Shown here piece after piece: positions 11,158 to 22,150 of a stretch of DNA of 64,000 nucleotides. The notes under the pieces were generated by a model. The model was given only the letters and a program-made list of their open reading frames with translations. It was not told where the DNA came from and made no database searches. Made by a program: the position numbers and the translations under genes. The DNA is from Rebecca billardiae RCC1528. Its lineage: Eukaryota > Protista > Haptophyta. How positions within the stretch are numbered: the first letter of the stretch is position 1; the number at the start of each line of letters is the position of its first letter. Location of the stretch: contig OZ251224.1 of the NCBI GenBank assembly GCA_965240325.2, positions 1,860,001 through 1,924,000 on the forward strand, in the 5' to 3' direction.

Positions 11158-11841
11158 ATGCGCGCTATCACCGCGATCGTCACGATGTGCTGCGCGCACA
11201 GCGCGGCGGGCTACCGCGGCCTCTCGCCGCTGTCGGCACGTCGGGTGAACTCGCCTGCAGTCCGCATGGTTGGCGAGGGCATGCCGGACTTCGAGCTCGA
11301 GCTCGACGGCACGGCGCTGCGCGTTGGCATCATCAAGGCGCGCTGGAACGAGGACATCACGACGCCGCTGGTGCAGGGGTGCCGCGACACGCTCAAGGAG
11401 ATGAAGGTGGCGGAGGAGAACATCTTCGAGACGAGCGTCCCTGGCTCGTTCGAGCTCCCGCTGGCGTCGCGCTTCCTCGCGCTGTCGGGTACGACTGATG
11501 TGATCATCGCCGTGGGCTGCCTGATCGATGGCGACACAACACACTTCGACGTGATCTCGAACTGCGTTGCAAAGGGGCTGATGGACGTGGGCCTCCAGAC
11601 GGTCACGCCAGTCGTGTTTGGCGTGCTCACGTGCAACACCCACGAGCAGGCTGTCACCCGCTCCAGCGGAGAGAACAACCACGGCATCGGCTGGGCCAAG
11701 AGCGCGGTGGAGATGGGCCTCCTGCGCGCGAGTGCGCTGGGCAAGTTCAAGCAGGGGACCATGGGCTTCAGCGTAGCGGGGGGCGACCCGAGCGATGTTG
11801 GCGCTAAGGGCCCGCCGCAGCCCGGCAAGGTCGGCTTCTAG
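11158..11841 (+). CDS. ribH: 6,7-dimethyl-8-ribityllumazine synthase with bipartite plastid-type presequence
   Basis: VGIIKARWN, VPGSFELP, GCLIDGDTTHFDVI, PVVFGVLT, QAVTRS, NHG. ATG at 11158 followed by a signal-like and transit-like peptide. Confidence 0.95.
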   Translation: MRAITAIVTMCCAHSAAGYRGLSPLSARRVNSPAVRMVGEGMPDFELELDGTALRVGIIKARWNEDITTPLVQGCRDTLKEMKVAEENIFETSVPGSFELPLASRFLALSGTTDVIIAVGCLIDGDTTHFDVISNCVAKGLMDVGLQTVTPVVFGVLTCNTHEQAVTRSSGENNHGIGWAKSAVEMGLLRASALGKFKQGTMGFSVAGGDPSDVGAKGPPQPGKVGF

Positions 11842-12560
11842 GCAGGCGCACGACGGCGACTCGCTGCCGGTAGAGCGTTCCCTGAGCTGCTGTCTCCAGC
11901 CTCCTGAACACGATGGGGCGCAGGGCTTCGGCTTGCAGGAGATGGCGAACGCTCAACGTCGTTGCCACTAAGGATGCGATCACTCCTCCGAGCACGCGGT
12001 GCAGGGCTGCGTGCGACACTCGGACTCGCCAGCAGGACTACAGGGTTTCACGGCTCATTGATGCCATCCCCCAGGACTGACAGCCCCCAGGTGCGTTATA
12101 ATAATGTGCCGTATAATGTGCCGACATCCGTGGGGAATCGGCAATCGGCTAGTGCGCTGATGATGCGCGCCTCATGCGCGGCGCACAGCGTCGCCGCCGG
12201 CACGGCAGCCGCAGCGCCAGCGGCGCAGACTGCAGAGTCAATATCAGACAGCAACACGGTTATACGAATATAAGATATAGTGATAGTCGCGAGGCCGTCC
12301 GGACTGACGAATCGGCGATGCCAGCGCAGTCATCTACTGCTCGCGCCCGCTGGCGCTGAGCATTCTGCATAATCTGCATATTGCTCATGCTGGCATCGTA
12401 GACGTATAGTTATTACTGCTATGTATATATATATATATATTTATTTAACTAATATACTAAATTCTAGCTAGTTCGGGATGTTACCAGCTGATGCTTAAAA
12501 ACAGCTAGTCGACAGAAGTCGTGCTCGGTGCTGACAATCGGATGTCGATGATAAGTACTA

Positions 12561-14237
12561 ATGACCGCGTTCCGCGGTCCTTTTTCCGTAGAACGAACGT
12601 AGTTCAGGGCCCGCGGTGGCGGTGCACCCTCCGTCGCAGTCGTCTATTGACAGACCAGTTGCATATGCCCGTACAACTAGACTCCATCAGCGGCGCGCCG
12701 CCGCCCGCCGCGCCGGGCGGGCCCATTGCAGCCGCCGGCGCGGCGCCGATTGTGTACAGGCGGATGCGACGAGGCGTGATCGACGCATGAGCGCGACTCC
12801 ACGTGCACACCAGGCCACGCGGAGCTGACAGCCAGGGAGCACGGTGCGGGGCCGCGGATTCGTTCGGGCCGCTGCTGCTGACCGCTGTCCCCGGGGTCAC
12901 CCCCCGCGCCGGCAGCGCCCGGGAGTAGGGCTGGAGGAGTAGGGTCCGAGTAGGGTTCGACCAGCGCCTGCGCGACGGCCGACAGGCGGGCGCGAGGCGT
13001 GATCGACGCATGAGCGCAACTCTACGTGCACGCCAGGCCACGCGGAGCTGACAGCCCGAGGGAGCACGGTGCCGAGGTGCGAGGGCACCGGTGATCCGGT
13101 TCGCGCACTCGCCGCGGGTGCACGGGCAGCTGACACACCTCGATCAGGCTCGGCACGCGTTGCAGAGGCACGGCCAGCTCTGGGGACGTCACGCACCACC
13201 GTCGCCCGCGCAGCTCGTCCTCCTCGTAGAGTACCGTTCAGTTCCGAGGCGTAGCCCTCGCTCAGAGTCGACCGACGATGGACTCGGATCGTCGGCGCGC
13301 CTGCTCTCTCTCAATCAAGAAGAGTTCTGGGAGACCCCGGAAAGGCATGGCAAGGGCGGCGCGTGGTGAAGTCGAAGGCTCAGAGATCGATCAGTCCGGC
13401 ATCAGGCGCCGCTGCCCCCGAGCTTGCGAGAGCCCGAACACAGGGCGGCGGCTGCGGCGCCGGCTCGCGGACACGCCGGGGCCGCGCAAGGCCGCGCCGA
13501 GGCATCGACACTCACGACAGGGCGGCAGGGGCGGCGGGGGCGCGCGGAGTGAGCGGGGGCACGACGAACGCGATGTCGACGGCAGTCGGGACCCGCCGCA
13601 GCCGCGCGCTCCAGGCGCCATTCGCCGCGCGCACCTGCCCATCGCCGTCCTCACCCGTCGGTCCTCGAGCCTCGTGCCCGTGGCTCGCCTCCAAACGCGG
13701 GCCGCCTCTGGTGGGCCGCCGCCCGGGGCCACGCGCGCGCCCAACCAAGTCCGTTCGCGTCAGATAGTATTGAGATTCGCCGAGGTTGGCCCATCGGCTA
13801 CTGACCCTTGCCTCGTCGGCTCCTGATACAGACACGGCGCGATTGAATAGTTGATTCAACTGATTCAAGGGACGTACATGGTCACATCGGTTCGCGGCAA
13901 TCTGTATCTAGATACGTCATCGCTCCTTGGACCTTGCTGCAATCTCATTGGCCGGAAAAATCGCTTGTAACGGTTCGTTACGTTAGGGATCCTAAAGGGC
14001 GTGAAGTTTTTTGGACGGGCGTCACTCCACGCTTTACTATGAACTTGCCGTGGGCGCGACCTTTTTCGGCCGTGATGCATCGGTTAGAGAGGGTCTCAAA
14101 ATTCGAAACTCGGTCTCCTCCAGCCATGAAAATCGTCCCCCGTCCCTTTTTTCTTGATCAAAGATCTTTTTGAAACGTTGTTCGGGCCCGCTGGTGCGGG
14201 CTCCACGCTGCGCGCTCCGCCCTGCACCGCGGGCCAT
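12561..14237 (-). mobile_element. Non-autonomous element family A, copy 1 (asymmetric TIR + terminal hairpin; Helentron/Helitron2-like)
   Basis: Both ends are shared with 23230-25035 while the interiors differ. Left hairpin GACCGCG-TTC-CGCGGTC and subterminal GGCCCGCGGTG, inverted relative to the right terminal CACCGCGGGCCAT. Internal ~80-bp duplication at ~12770 and ~12993. Confidence 0.7.
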
Positions 14238-14857
14238 AATATAGTCTGAACGACCTGAAAGTTATAAGCAGCTATCGCCTGCGTCTGGGACTTATTCTAG
14301 CGTAGTTCTCGGACTCGGTCTTCGGAGTGAGTCGGTCTCGTCCGGCCGTCCGCCGCGCCGCCGCACGGCCCGTGCGGGCGCGGGCGCGAGCGCCGGGCCC
14401 GCGCGGGACCATTATGGACTCACCATTGACACCATTCACCGCACACCGCAGTCCGGCAGTCGTCCGCACGTACGTCCGGCCCGCCACACGGACGCCGCCT
14501 CCGCACACGACCACGCCGTGACGTGACACTGTCTGATGTGTCTGTGACTGCAGATGACTGATTCTGGCTCGGGCAGTCTATACTCGGTCTGCTACTGACA
14601 CTGGCAAGTGGCAGCTTCCGTGCCTACTCTGACTATACTCAGTCTAGTTAGTTACGAATGTCTGCGACTCATCTATCGCTGAGTCTGAGACACAGCTAGA
14701 CAGACGACTGTCGGAGACAGTCGACAGACGGCGACAGGCGTCACAGGCGACACGCAGGCGACAGCCGACGACAGGTCTGAGACTGAGGTCACGCCGCGGG
14801 CCACGGGGCACGACGGCGACAATGGTCTGACTCACTGACTGAGTGCGCCTGCCCGGC

Positions 14858-17647
14858 TCACTTCGCTGCGACTGTGGTCGTAGCTGTCACGGGTGATGCG
14901 CCCGCGCGGGGTCGGAGAGCTGCTGATGAGCGCGCTGAGAGCGAGGCCGAGCCCGCTGCCGAGGCGCTGCTGGACCTCGCAGTGCCCGGAGCATCGCGAT
15001 CGCCTCCCGCCCGCTCATCATCCACCGCGTCTGCAGAAGCCGGCGCCCCCTGCGACGCCGAGGCCTCCTCGTCGAGCTTGGCGGTGGCGAGCTGCGCGAC
15101 CACGCGCAGCAGCTCCTGCAGCCGCCCGGCCTCCTCGGTCGCGAAGCTGCTCCGGGGCTCGGCTGCTGGTGCGGCTGCCGGTGCGCCCTCGGCGCTGCCC
15201 TCGGCTCCGCTCGCGGCCGTCGCGATTGACGCGCCGTACAGGTGGGACAGCTTCTCGTCGATCGCGGCGAGCTTGCTGTGCGCCTCGCGCTGGAAGCGCA
15301 GCTCTCGCGCGTAGTCGTGCATGCCCTGCCCCGTGCGCAGCTTGGCCTCCTCGCTCGCGCTGCGCAGCGCGTCCGTCCGCCTGCTCACGGGCGTGAGCTC
15401 GTCGATGGCGAGCGCCGCGCGCTCGTCGATCGAGCCGCTGGTCGAGGGTGCCGTGCTCGGCCGCGCCGCCGGCTCGACGTATCTGCGCTCGATCTCGGCG
15501 CTGAGCTGGGCGTACCGCACGCGCGTCTCTTCGGGCATGTACGCGCACCGCAGCTCGGACTCGGGCATGTGCTGCAGGGCGTGCAGCCGCGCCGCCTCGC
15601 GCGAGGAGAGCACGACGATGCGAGGGTCGAGCTGCGACGCGGTCGAGACGATGGACTCCGGCTCAGAGCGCTCGTCGTCCGCGCGCACGATGAGCACATC
15701 CGCAGCGGGCGCGCCGCTCCGCGCGCCGCGCGCGTCCGCGTGCGCGCGCGCGTCGAGCACGGCGGAGGGCGAGGGAGGCGCCTCCGCGGTGGCGGGCGCC
15801 GTTGCCAACGCGCCGCCGCCGCCCTCCGCTGCCGCCGCCGCTCGGTGCGGATGGCGCGCGAGCACGGAGGTGGCGGTGAGGAAGAGGCTCGAGCTCAGGT
15901 CCTCCTCGCCCGCCGTGCTCGGAGGCGACGACCGCCGGCGCAGCTCATCCTCGGCGTTGGCCGAGGCAGCAGTGACTGCCGCCGACGGCGCGGCTGGCGC
16001 GGCCGGCGACTGCGCAGCGCGCGGCAGCGCGTTCGCCCCTCGCGACGTGTCGGCCGTCGGCGGCGACGCGGCTGCGCGCTCGTGAGCGTCAGAGCTCGCC
16101 TCCTCGTCCTCGTCCTCGTCTGCGGCGGCATCGGCGCCGCTGCCGCCGTTCACACCGTCTTCCTCGTCGCCCTCGTCGCTCTCGCCGTCCGCCCCCTCGC
16201 CCTCCTCCGTGATGGGCGGGTGGCGCGCCGCCTCCCTCTCAGCCGCCTCCTCCGCCTCCACCTCCGCCGCCGCCTCGCGATCCAGCCTGCCGCGCTGCTT
16301 GACGAGCGCCAGCTTGCGGCTCTTGCGCGCGAGCACGCGGTCGAGCCGGCGCATCTCGCCGAGCGCGGCGTGGAGCGCCTCGTCCCGCGGATCGAGGTTC
16401 TGCTCGATCCGGTCGAGCCAGCTCTTCTCGCTGCGCGTCGCGCGCTCGCCCGAGTGTATGGCCGCGCGCACGATGGACGACACGTTCTGCTCGTGCTCCG
16501 CCGGAAGGTCGACGAGCTGCGCACGCGCACGCACGGCGGGCGGGCGGGCGGGCGCGGGGCGCGGTGAGGGTGGCGAGCGGCGCGCGCGCGCGCCGCCCGC
16601 CGCGGCTGGCGCGCACCTCCGACGCCTTGAGCCCGTCCAGGTACGCCTGCAGCTCTGCGCGTGTCTCCTCCATCTCCGCGAGGGCGGCCGCGTTGGACGC
16701 GGCGGACGCGCTGCTGGGGCGCTGCACCTCGAGCGCGAGGACCTCGGCGCGGCGGTCGTTGTCGTCGAGGATGAGCAGCTGGTCGAACAGGTCGTCGCCG
16801 TCCAGCACCGTGGCTGAAGGCGCCACGCCGCCAGCTGCCAGTGCGCCCGGCCCCGACGCCGGCCGTTGCACGGCGCTCGCGTCTCCGTCAGCCTGCGGGT
16901 GTGCGGGCGCTGCGGACGACCACGAGCGCTCCGCCGTCGGTGGCGGCATGCTCGTGCGGATGAAGAGGCGCTCGGACGTGCCTGCGTCGGGGATCGCCTG
17001 CGCGGTGCGGCGCGCGGTCGCGGTCGCGACGCACGTGCGTGAGTGTGCTGCACGCTGGCCGCGCAGCGGGGGCCACGCGCCAACGGGCGCGCTCGTTGGC
17101 GCGCTCTTGCGCGCACCTTGAGCTGCTCGACCTCGCGCTTGAGATCGCGGTGCAGGGCGAGCAGCTCCTCCTCGCTCATCCCCGACTCGCTCGGTGTGGC
17201 CGTGCTGCCGTCCGCCGAGCCGAGCCGCGACGGAGTCGTCCACGAGAGCTGCTGAAGCCCACGCGGCCGATACACCTGCGACGCGACCGCGCTCGAACGG
17301 CGCGCGGCGCCGTCTCGCAGAGGCATGCCGCCCGCGTCGCCGTGCCGACCCGGGGAGACGACCACACCCACGTTCCCCGACGATATGCGGCGCAGCGGCG
17401 TCGGGCGCACCGGCACGGCCGCGTTGCCCGAGCGCGGGCGCGCTGTGCCGCCGCTCGAGCATGCGGCGCTCGCGGCGCTGACCGGCGCGGGGCGGTCGGA
17501 TGGCAGCGTCTCCATGCACGACATGGTGGGGATGGCCGCTGCGGGCTGCGCGCCGCCAGCTGCGCGCATCTTTGCGCGCCGCTCCGCCTCGGCGATGGCC
17601 TTCCAGCCACCCGGCCGAGGCGGGTCGGAACCGTTTGGCGGAGCCAT
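14858..17647 (-). CDS. Low-complexity coiled-coil protein, FSIP1-like. Exons 17647-17117, 16997-16617, 16516-14858
   Basis: Two phase-0 GT-AG introns restore a continuous frame. EMRRLDRVLARK and DYARELR...LAAIDEKL resemble conserved FSIP1 blocks. Confidence 0.55.
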   Translation of the reverse strand: MAPPNGSDPPRPGGWKAIAEAERRAKMRAAGGAQPAAAIPTMSCMETLPSDRPAPVSAASAACSSGGTARPRSGNAAVPVRPTPLRRISSGNVGVVVSPGRHGDAGGMPLRDGAARRSSAVASQVYRPRGLQQLSWTTPSRLGSADGSTATPSESGMSEEELLALHRDLKREVEQLKVRARARQRARPLARGPRCAASVQHTHARASRPRPRAAPRRRSPTQARPSASSSARACRHRRRSARGRPQRPHTRRLTETRAPCNGRRRGRAHWQLAAWRLQPRCWTATTCSTSCSSSTTTTAAPRSSRSRCSAPAARPPRPTRPPSRRWRRHAQSCRRTWTGSRRRRCAPAAAGGARARRSPPSPRPAPARPPAVRARAQLVDLPAEHEQNVSSIVRAAIHSGERATRSEKSWLDRIEQNLDPRDEALHAALGEMRRLDRVLARKSRKLALVKQRGRLDREAAAEVEAEEAAEREAARHPPITEEGEGADGESDEGDEEDGVNGGSGADAAADEDEDEEASSDAHERAAASPPTADTSRGANALPRAAQSPAAPAAPSAAVTAASANAEDELRRRSSPPSTAGEEDLSSSLFLTATSVLARHPHRAAAAAEGGGGALATAPATAEAPPSPSAVLDARAHADARGARSGAPAADVLIVRADDERSEPESIVSTASQLDPRIVVLSSREAARLHALQHMPESELRCAYMPEETRVRYAQLSAEIERRYVEPAARPSTAPSTSGSIDERAALAIDELTPVSRRTDALRSASEEAKLRTGQGMHDYARELRFQREAHSKLAAIDEKLSHLYGASIATAASGAEGSAEGAPAAAPAAEPRSSFATEEAGRLQELLRVVAQLATAKLDEEASASQGAPASADAVDDERAGGDRDAPGTARSSSASAAGSASLSARSSAALRPRAGASPVTATTTVAAK

Positions 17648-17743
17648 GCTGCACGCGTGCGCGGCGGTTCTGCCCGGGCGAGGCAAAGGTTTTGAAGGCG
17701 TGCAAGCGACGACGACGGGTCCGGGAGATGCCACCCGCCAAGC

Positions 17744-20371
17744 ATGGCGGCGGCGCGGACGATCGCGCTGCTTGCCGCCCTGCTGAGCATGTGCGACCTC
17801 GGCGTGCGCGTCGATTGCGCGCGGCAGAGGCGAGCTGGCGGCGGCGGCACGCGACGTGCTGGCCGCGGCTCCTCGTCGGGATCGGGCCCGGCCTCTCGCC
17901 CGACCCGAGCAGCTGCGCCCGGGCGTGCCTCGTGGATCCAGGCGCCGGAGGCGGAGTGGTCGCACAAGGCGCCGCGGTCCGAGTCTGAGCTCGCGGACGC
18001 GCTGAACGTGGGCAAAGGGCGCGGGCGGGGCCGCGCTACCAAGCGCGCCCAGCGCTACGACGAGCTGCGCGCGTACGCCCTCTTCCACGCGCGCGTGCTG
18101 CGCTCGGAGCTGGAGGAAGAGCAGCGGCAGGCGCGCGAGCGCGTGCAGCGCTGGACGCGCGCTGAGCTCGCACGCGACGGCTCGACCGTGTTCGAGCTCT
18201 CCGCCACCGCGCGCGGCCGCCTGTACGCGGACACCGTCGTCCGGCTCGACCTCCGCGGTGCGCCGCTCCCCTTCCACCGCTTCACCGCGGGCGATCTCGT
18301 CGCCGTCTCGCCCACCGGCTCATCCGGACCGGCGCTGCCAGCGGCCGAGGCGCGCGCGGCGGCGTCTGGCGCCTCCGACGGCGGCGGCGCCGAGCTCGAC
18401 GCGCTCGACGCGCGCGAAGGCGGGGATGGCTCCATCCCCGCCGTCGTGCTCTCGCGCTCGCCCAAGTTCATCGACGTGTGCGTGCGCGCCAGCAGCGCGG
18501 CAGAGGCGTCCTCGTTCGCATCGCTCACCGCCGGCCGCGGGCGCTGGCGGCTCGACCAGGGCGTGTCGTCCATCCCGTACGAGCGCATGGGCCTCGCGCT
18601 CGACACGTTCACCACGCCCGCCGCGGGCGGCGGCGAGGACGCCGAGGACGCGCTGCGCGACTGCATCGTCCGATGCTTCGACGAGCGTGGCGCCGATGCC
18701 GCTTCGGCCGTGAGCGGCGGCGCGCCGCGGGGCGGCGCGGGCAGCCACGCGGACCAGCGGCCGGGGAAGGGCGGCGTCGAGCACGGCGCGGAGGGGCAGA
18801 TCGAGGTGCCCCCGTCGGCGAAGAGCGCACGCCCCCCACGCCGCGCGCTCAGCGAGGTGTGCGACCTCGCCGCCCTGGACGGCCCGCAGCGCGCGGCGGT
18901 GCGCGCCTCGTTTGAACGCGTGCTGACACTCGTGCAGGGGCCGCCCGGCACGGGCAAGACGCGCACGGCGTGCGCGATGGCGCTCGCCACGGCGCGGTGT
19001 GCGGGCGGCGGGGCGGGCGGGGGCGGGCGCTGCCTGCTTGTCGCGCCGAGCAACGTGGCGACCGACGGACTGCTCGCCGGCTGCCTCGCCCTCGGCCTGC
19101 GCTGCGTGCGGCTCGGTCGACCCGCGTGCGTGCGTCCCGAGCTGCGCGAGCGCACGCTCGACGCAATCGTGCCCGCCGACGGCGGCGGCGGTGGTGGCGC
19201 CGGCGGCGGGCAGGGCTCGCAGAGCTCGGCCGAGGCGCGCGAGGCGCTGCTGCGCGCGCGCTGGGCCGCGCTCCGCGACGCCGAGGTGATCGTCGCCACC
19301 GCGACCGGCGCGGGCGAGCTCCTCACCGGGCCGCTCGCCGCGCCCGAGCTCGCCGACGCGGCGAGCGCCGTTCGGTTCGCTCTCTGCCTCGTGGACGAGG
19401 CGGCGCAGTGCATCGAGCCGGCGGCGCTCGTGGCGATGGTGGCGGCGCGGCACGCCGCGCGCACCGTGCTCGTCGGGGACCAGTGCCAGCTCGGCCCCGT
19501 GCTGCTCGCGGGCCGCGCGCAGCTCGGCGCCGTCCCAGACTCACTCTTTGCGCGGCTTGCGCACGCCGGGGTCGGGGTGCAGCTGCTGAGCACGCAGTAC
19601 CGGTGCACGGCCGCGCTCGCAGACTTCAGCTCGCGCCGGTTCTACGCCGGGCGGCTGCGCTCGGTCGCGACGGCCGAGGACCGGCCGCGGCCGCCGATGG
19701 CCCCGCTCGATGCCGCGGGCGCCGTGCGCTGGCCCGAGAACGGCTCTCCGCTCCTTTATGTCGACACGCGCGGCGCGCGCGCCGATGGCGGCTACCATGA
19801 GAGGCGGCAGGCGGCAGACGTGGGCGGCACCGCGGAGGCGTCCGCCGAGTGGCTCGACGGGGCGGCAGACGGGGCGGCCGGTGCGCGCGCCCCACCCGCC
19901 GCCGAGGACGCCGGCGCGCAGCCCGCGCGCGCAGCAGCCGGCGGCACCAGCCTGTACAACCCGTGCGAGGCCGCCGTCGTCGTCGCGGCCGTGCGCGCGC
20001 TCCTCGAGGGTGGCATCTCGGCTCAGGAGATTGGCGTGATCACGCCGTACGCGGCGATGGTGAGCTGCCTGAATGACGCGCTCGGCGGGGCGAAGGGCGG
20101 GAGCGCTGCGGCCGTCGAGGTGAACACCGTGGACGGCTTCCAGGGCCGAGAGAAGGAGGCGATCATCGTGGCGGCAGTGCGCTCGAACGAGCAAGGCGTG
20201 ACAGGCTTCCTCAAGGACTGGCGCCGCCTCAACGTGTCGCTCACGCGCGCGCGGCGCGCGCTCATCGTCGTCGGCGACTCGCGCACGCTGGAGCGCGATC
20301 CACACTGGCGTGCCTTCGTCATGCACGCCCGGCGCACGGGCAGCTACACCGAGCTGCGCGGTGAAGACTGA
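17744..20371 (+). CDS. Upf1/SMUBP-2-like superfamily 1 helicase with N-terminal signal-like peptide
   Basis: QGPPGTGKT, APSNVATD, DEAAQ, VGDQCQL, QYR, IGVITPY, VDGFQGREKE, RRLNVSLTRAR. Confidence 0.92.
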   Translation: MAAARTIALLAALLSMCDLGVRVDCARQRRAGGGGTRRAGRGSSSGSGPASRPTRAAAPGRASWIQAPEAEWSHKAPRSESELADALNVGKGRGRGRATKRAQRYDELRAYALFHARVLRSELEEEQRQARERVQRWTRAELARDGSTVFELSATARGRLYADTVVRLDLRGAPLPFHRFTAGDLVAVSPTGSSGPALPAAEARAAASGASDGGGAELDALDAREGGDGSIPAVVLSRSPKFIDVCVRASSAAEASSFASLTAGRGRWRLDQGVSSIPYERMGLALDTFTTPAAGGGEDAEDALRDCIVRCFDERGADAASAVSGGAPRGGAGSHADQRPGKGGVEHGAEGQIEVPPSAKSARPPRRALSEVCDLAALDGPQRAAVRASFERVLTLVQGPPGTGKTRTACAMALATARCAGGGAGGGGRCLLVAPSNVATDGLLAGCLALGLRCVRLGRPACVRPELRERTLDAIVPADGGGGGGAGGGQGSQSSAEAREALLRARWAALRDAEVIVATATGAGELLTGPLAAPELADAASAVRFALCLVDEAAQCIEPAALVAMVAARHAARTVLVGDQCQLGPVLLAGRAQLGAVPDSLFARLAHAGVGVQLLSTQYRCTAALADFSSRRFYAGRLRSVATAEDRPRPPMAPLDAAGAVRWPENGSPLLYVDTRGARADGGYHERRQAADVGGTAEASAEWLDGAADGAAGARAPPAAEDAGAQPARAAAGGTSLYNPCEAAVVVAAVRALLEGGISAQEIGVITPYAAMVSCLNDALGGAKGGSAAAVEVNTVDGFQGREKEAIIVAAVRSNEQGVTGFLKDWRRLNVSLTRARRALIVVGDSRTLERDPHWRAFVMHARRTGSYTELRGED

Positions 20372-20409
20372 CTGAGTGACGGACAGACTCACGAGTCTGT
20401 TCGTCACAT

Positions 20410-22150
20410 CAGCAGTGGATAAGTTGCACATCAGGAAACTGTAGTCCTTGGTGTTATACATTATTTTCTCGGAGACCGGCGCCTCTGAAGGATGGCGCCC
20501 GCCCACTCGCCGCTCGTGGGTGGCGCGCGCCTCGCGTGCCGATGCAGCCCCGCATGATGACTAGCTGAATGCGCGCGTCGTCAGGGCTTGTCCACGTGCG
20601 CTACATCACTTGAGCTAGCACAGTCGGGACCCCCTCGCCGTCGGCAGTGAATGTCATCATCCCATCACACGTCGCGTGAGACGCCTGAGTGGCTGAGACG
20701 GCAAATCCATGCCTAGCAGCGTCACCCTCTCGTCCAGGATCATCAGGCAGCTGGACGAGACAGTCCTCCCTTCGACGCGTCTCGGAGCGAGCGCACACGC
20801 CCGGCTCTATCTGCTTCACACCGCACGCGCCATCCGCCTCGAGCCCAACGCCCGTCACCACGCGCAGTATGGCAAACCGTCATGCTCGGACCGCGCTCGT
20901 CGACGAGTGCAGCCTTCGCCCGCAGTGCCGCGCGCGAGCATTCGAGTTCGACAGTAAGTCGTCAGCGACTTGTGGGCCGGCGGGGAGATCCACGCGTGGC
21001 ATAGATATCATGTAGGTCGTCAGCTCCTGCTCGGTGTACGCACGCGCTCTGCATCTGAACACTCGATAGAAGCTTTCGATCATCACCATCGAGCTGTCTA
21101 CGTGAGCCTGTGCGACCGCGTCTGCAACAGCTCGCGCCTCACCCTTGTCCTTGATGCTGCGCTCACGCGAGACAAAGAAGGCTATGTAGGGCTCACTGAC
21201 CATTCGCACAGTAAGGGCGTCCTTGCCGCAGCGAGTGATAGCTTCCTTCGCCCGCTTCTTAGCACTCGCCCTGCTGTTCTTGGGCGAGAGTGAGGCGTGG
21301 TGCCTCGTCAGCCTGCTAGATGAGAGGTTCTTGTTGATGCGCGTCACAGCGCGGAAGCAGGTGTGCGCTCGCGAGGCGTCGTGCGTGGATGCCGATCTTC
21401 ATGATGACGACATAGATGGACTACGTAGCGGCCGTCTCCTCATCCAAGAGCCTCGATCATGCCACGACTCTGACACTTCAGCGCTCCGGCTGGCGCGCAT
21501 GCACCATCAATTGCAACCGAGCGGTTGGGAGCTGTAGCCGTCGACGCCAGCTTTTCGACCCTCACCAACACGAGCTGGATGAACATTGCAAGGTCGTCGC
21601 ATACTATGTATGTTGCGTGTCTCCTCCCGCGACTGTTGCTGCGCAACGTGATATGCAAGACCGGTCGCGCGCGCGCTGCATCCAGTGCACGACAGCTGAT
21701 GAATGGATGCGGCCGAGCGCAAGCACGCACGCGCGAGTCGTAGGCTGTGAACGTCGTGTGCGGCCAGACTGCGACGTGCACGGCACGTATCCACCTTGCA
21801 TTGCTACCTCTCTTCACACCGGGCCTGGGACACTTCCAGGCTGAGACGGCCTCTGTGACTCAGATGCCGCGTGAACGTGCCGCGCGGCTGCGCGATGTCG
21901 CGATTGGAGCTCAAGGGTGGTTGACTTTCGGTGCATGCTACTCAAGCAGGAAGAGGCCGATCGAGGCGCGGAGTGGCGCGCTGCACCCGCAACAGCGGGC
22001 ATCGTGCAGCGCGCGAGAGCGCGCGCCGCTTCCGGGCGCACGGCGACGGCGCCATGTACCGAAAGACGCGGGTGGACAGGTCACAGGTCGCGTGAGTCAC
22101 TATTGGTCCACTGGGGATAATGCATGTCGTAACATCTGTCAGTCGCGGGC
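20410..22150 (-). pseudogene. Decayed hAT-like transposase remnant
   Basis: Frameshifted minus-strand pieces in hAT order: SNARW (cf. TRWNS), ASLSPKN (cf. A.LLDP), EQELTTY, ARHGFAVSATQAS (cf. LAR.YLA.PATSAS) and EKIMY...FLMCN. Many stops. Boundaries approximate. Confidence 0.4.
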
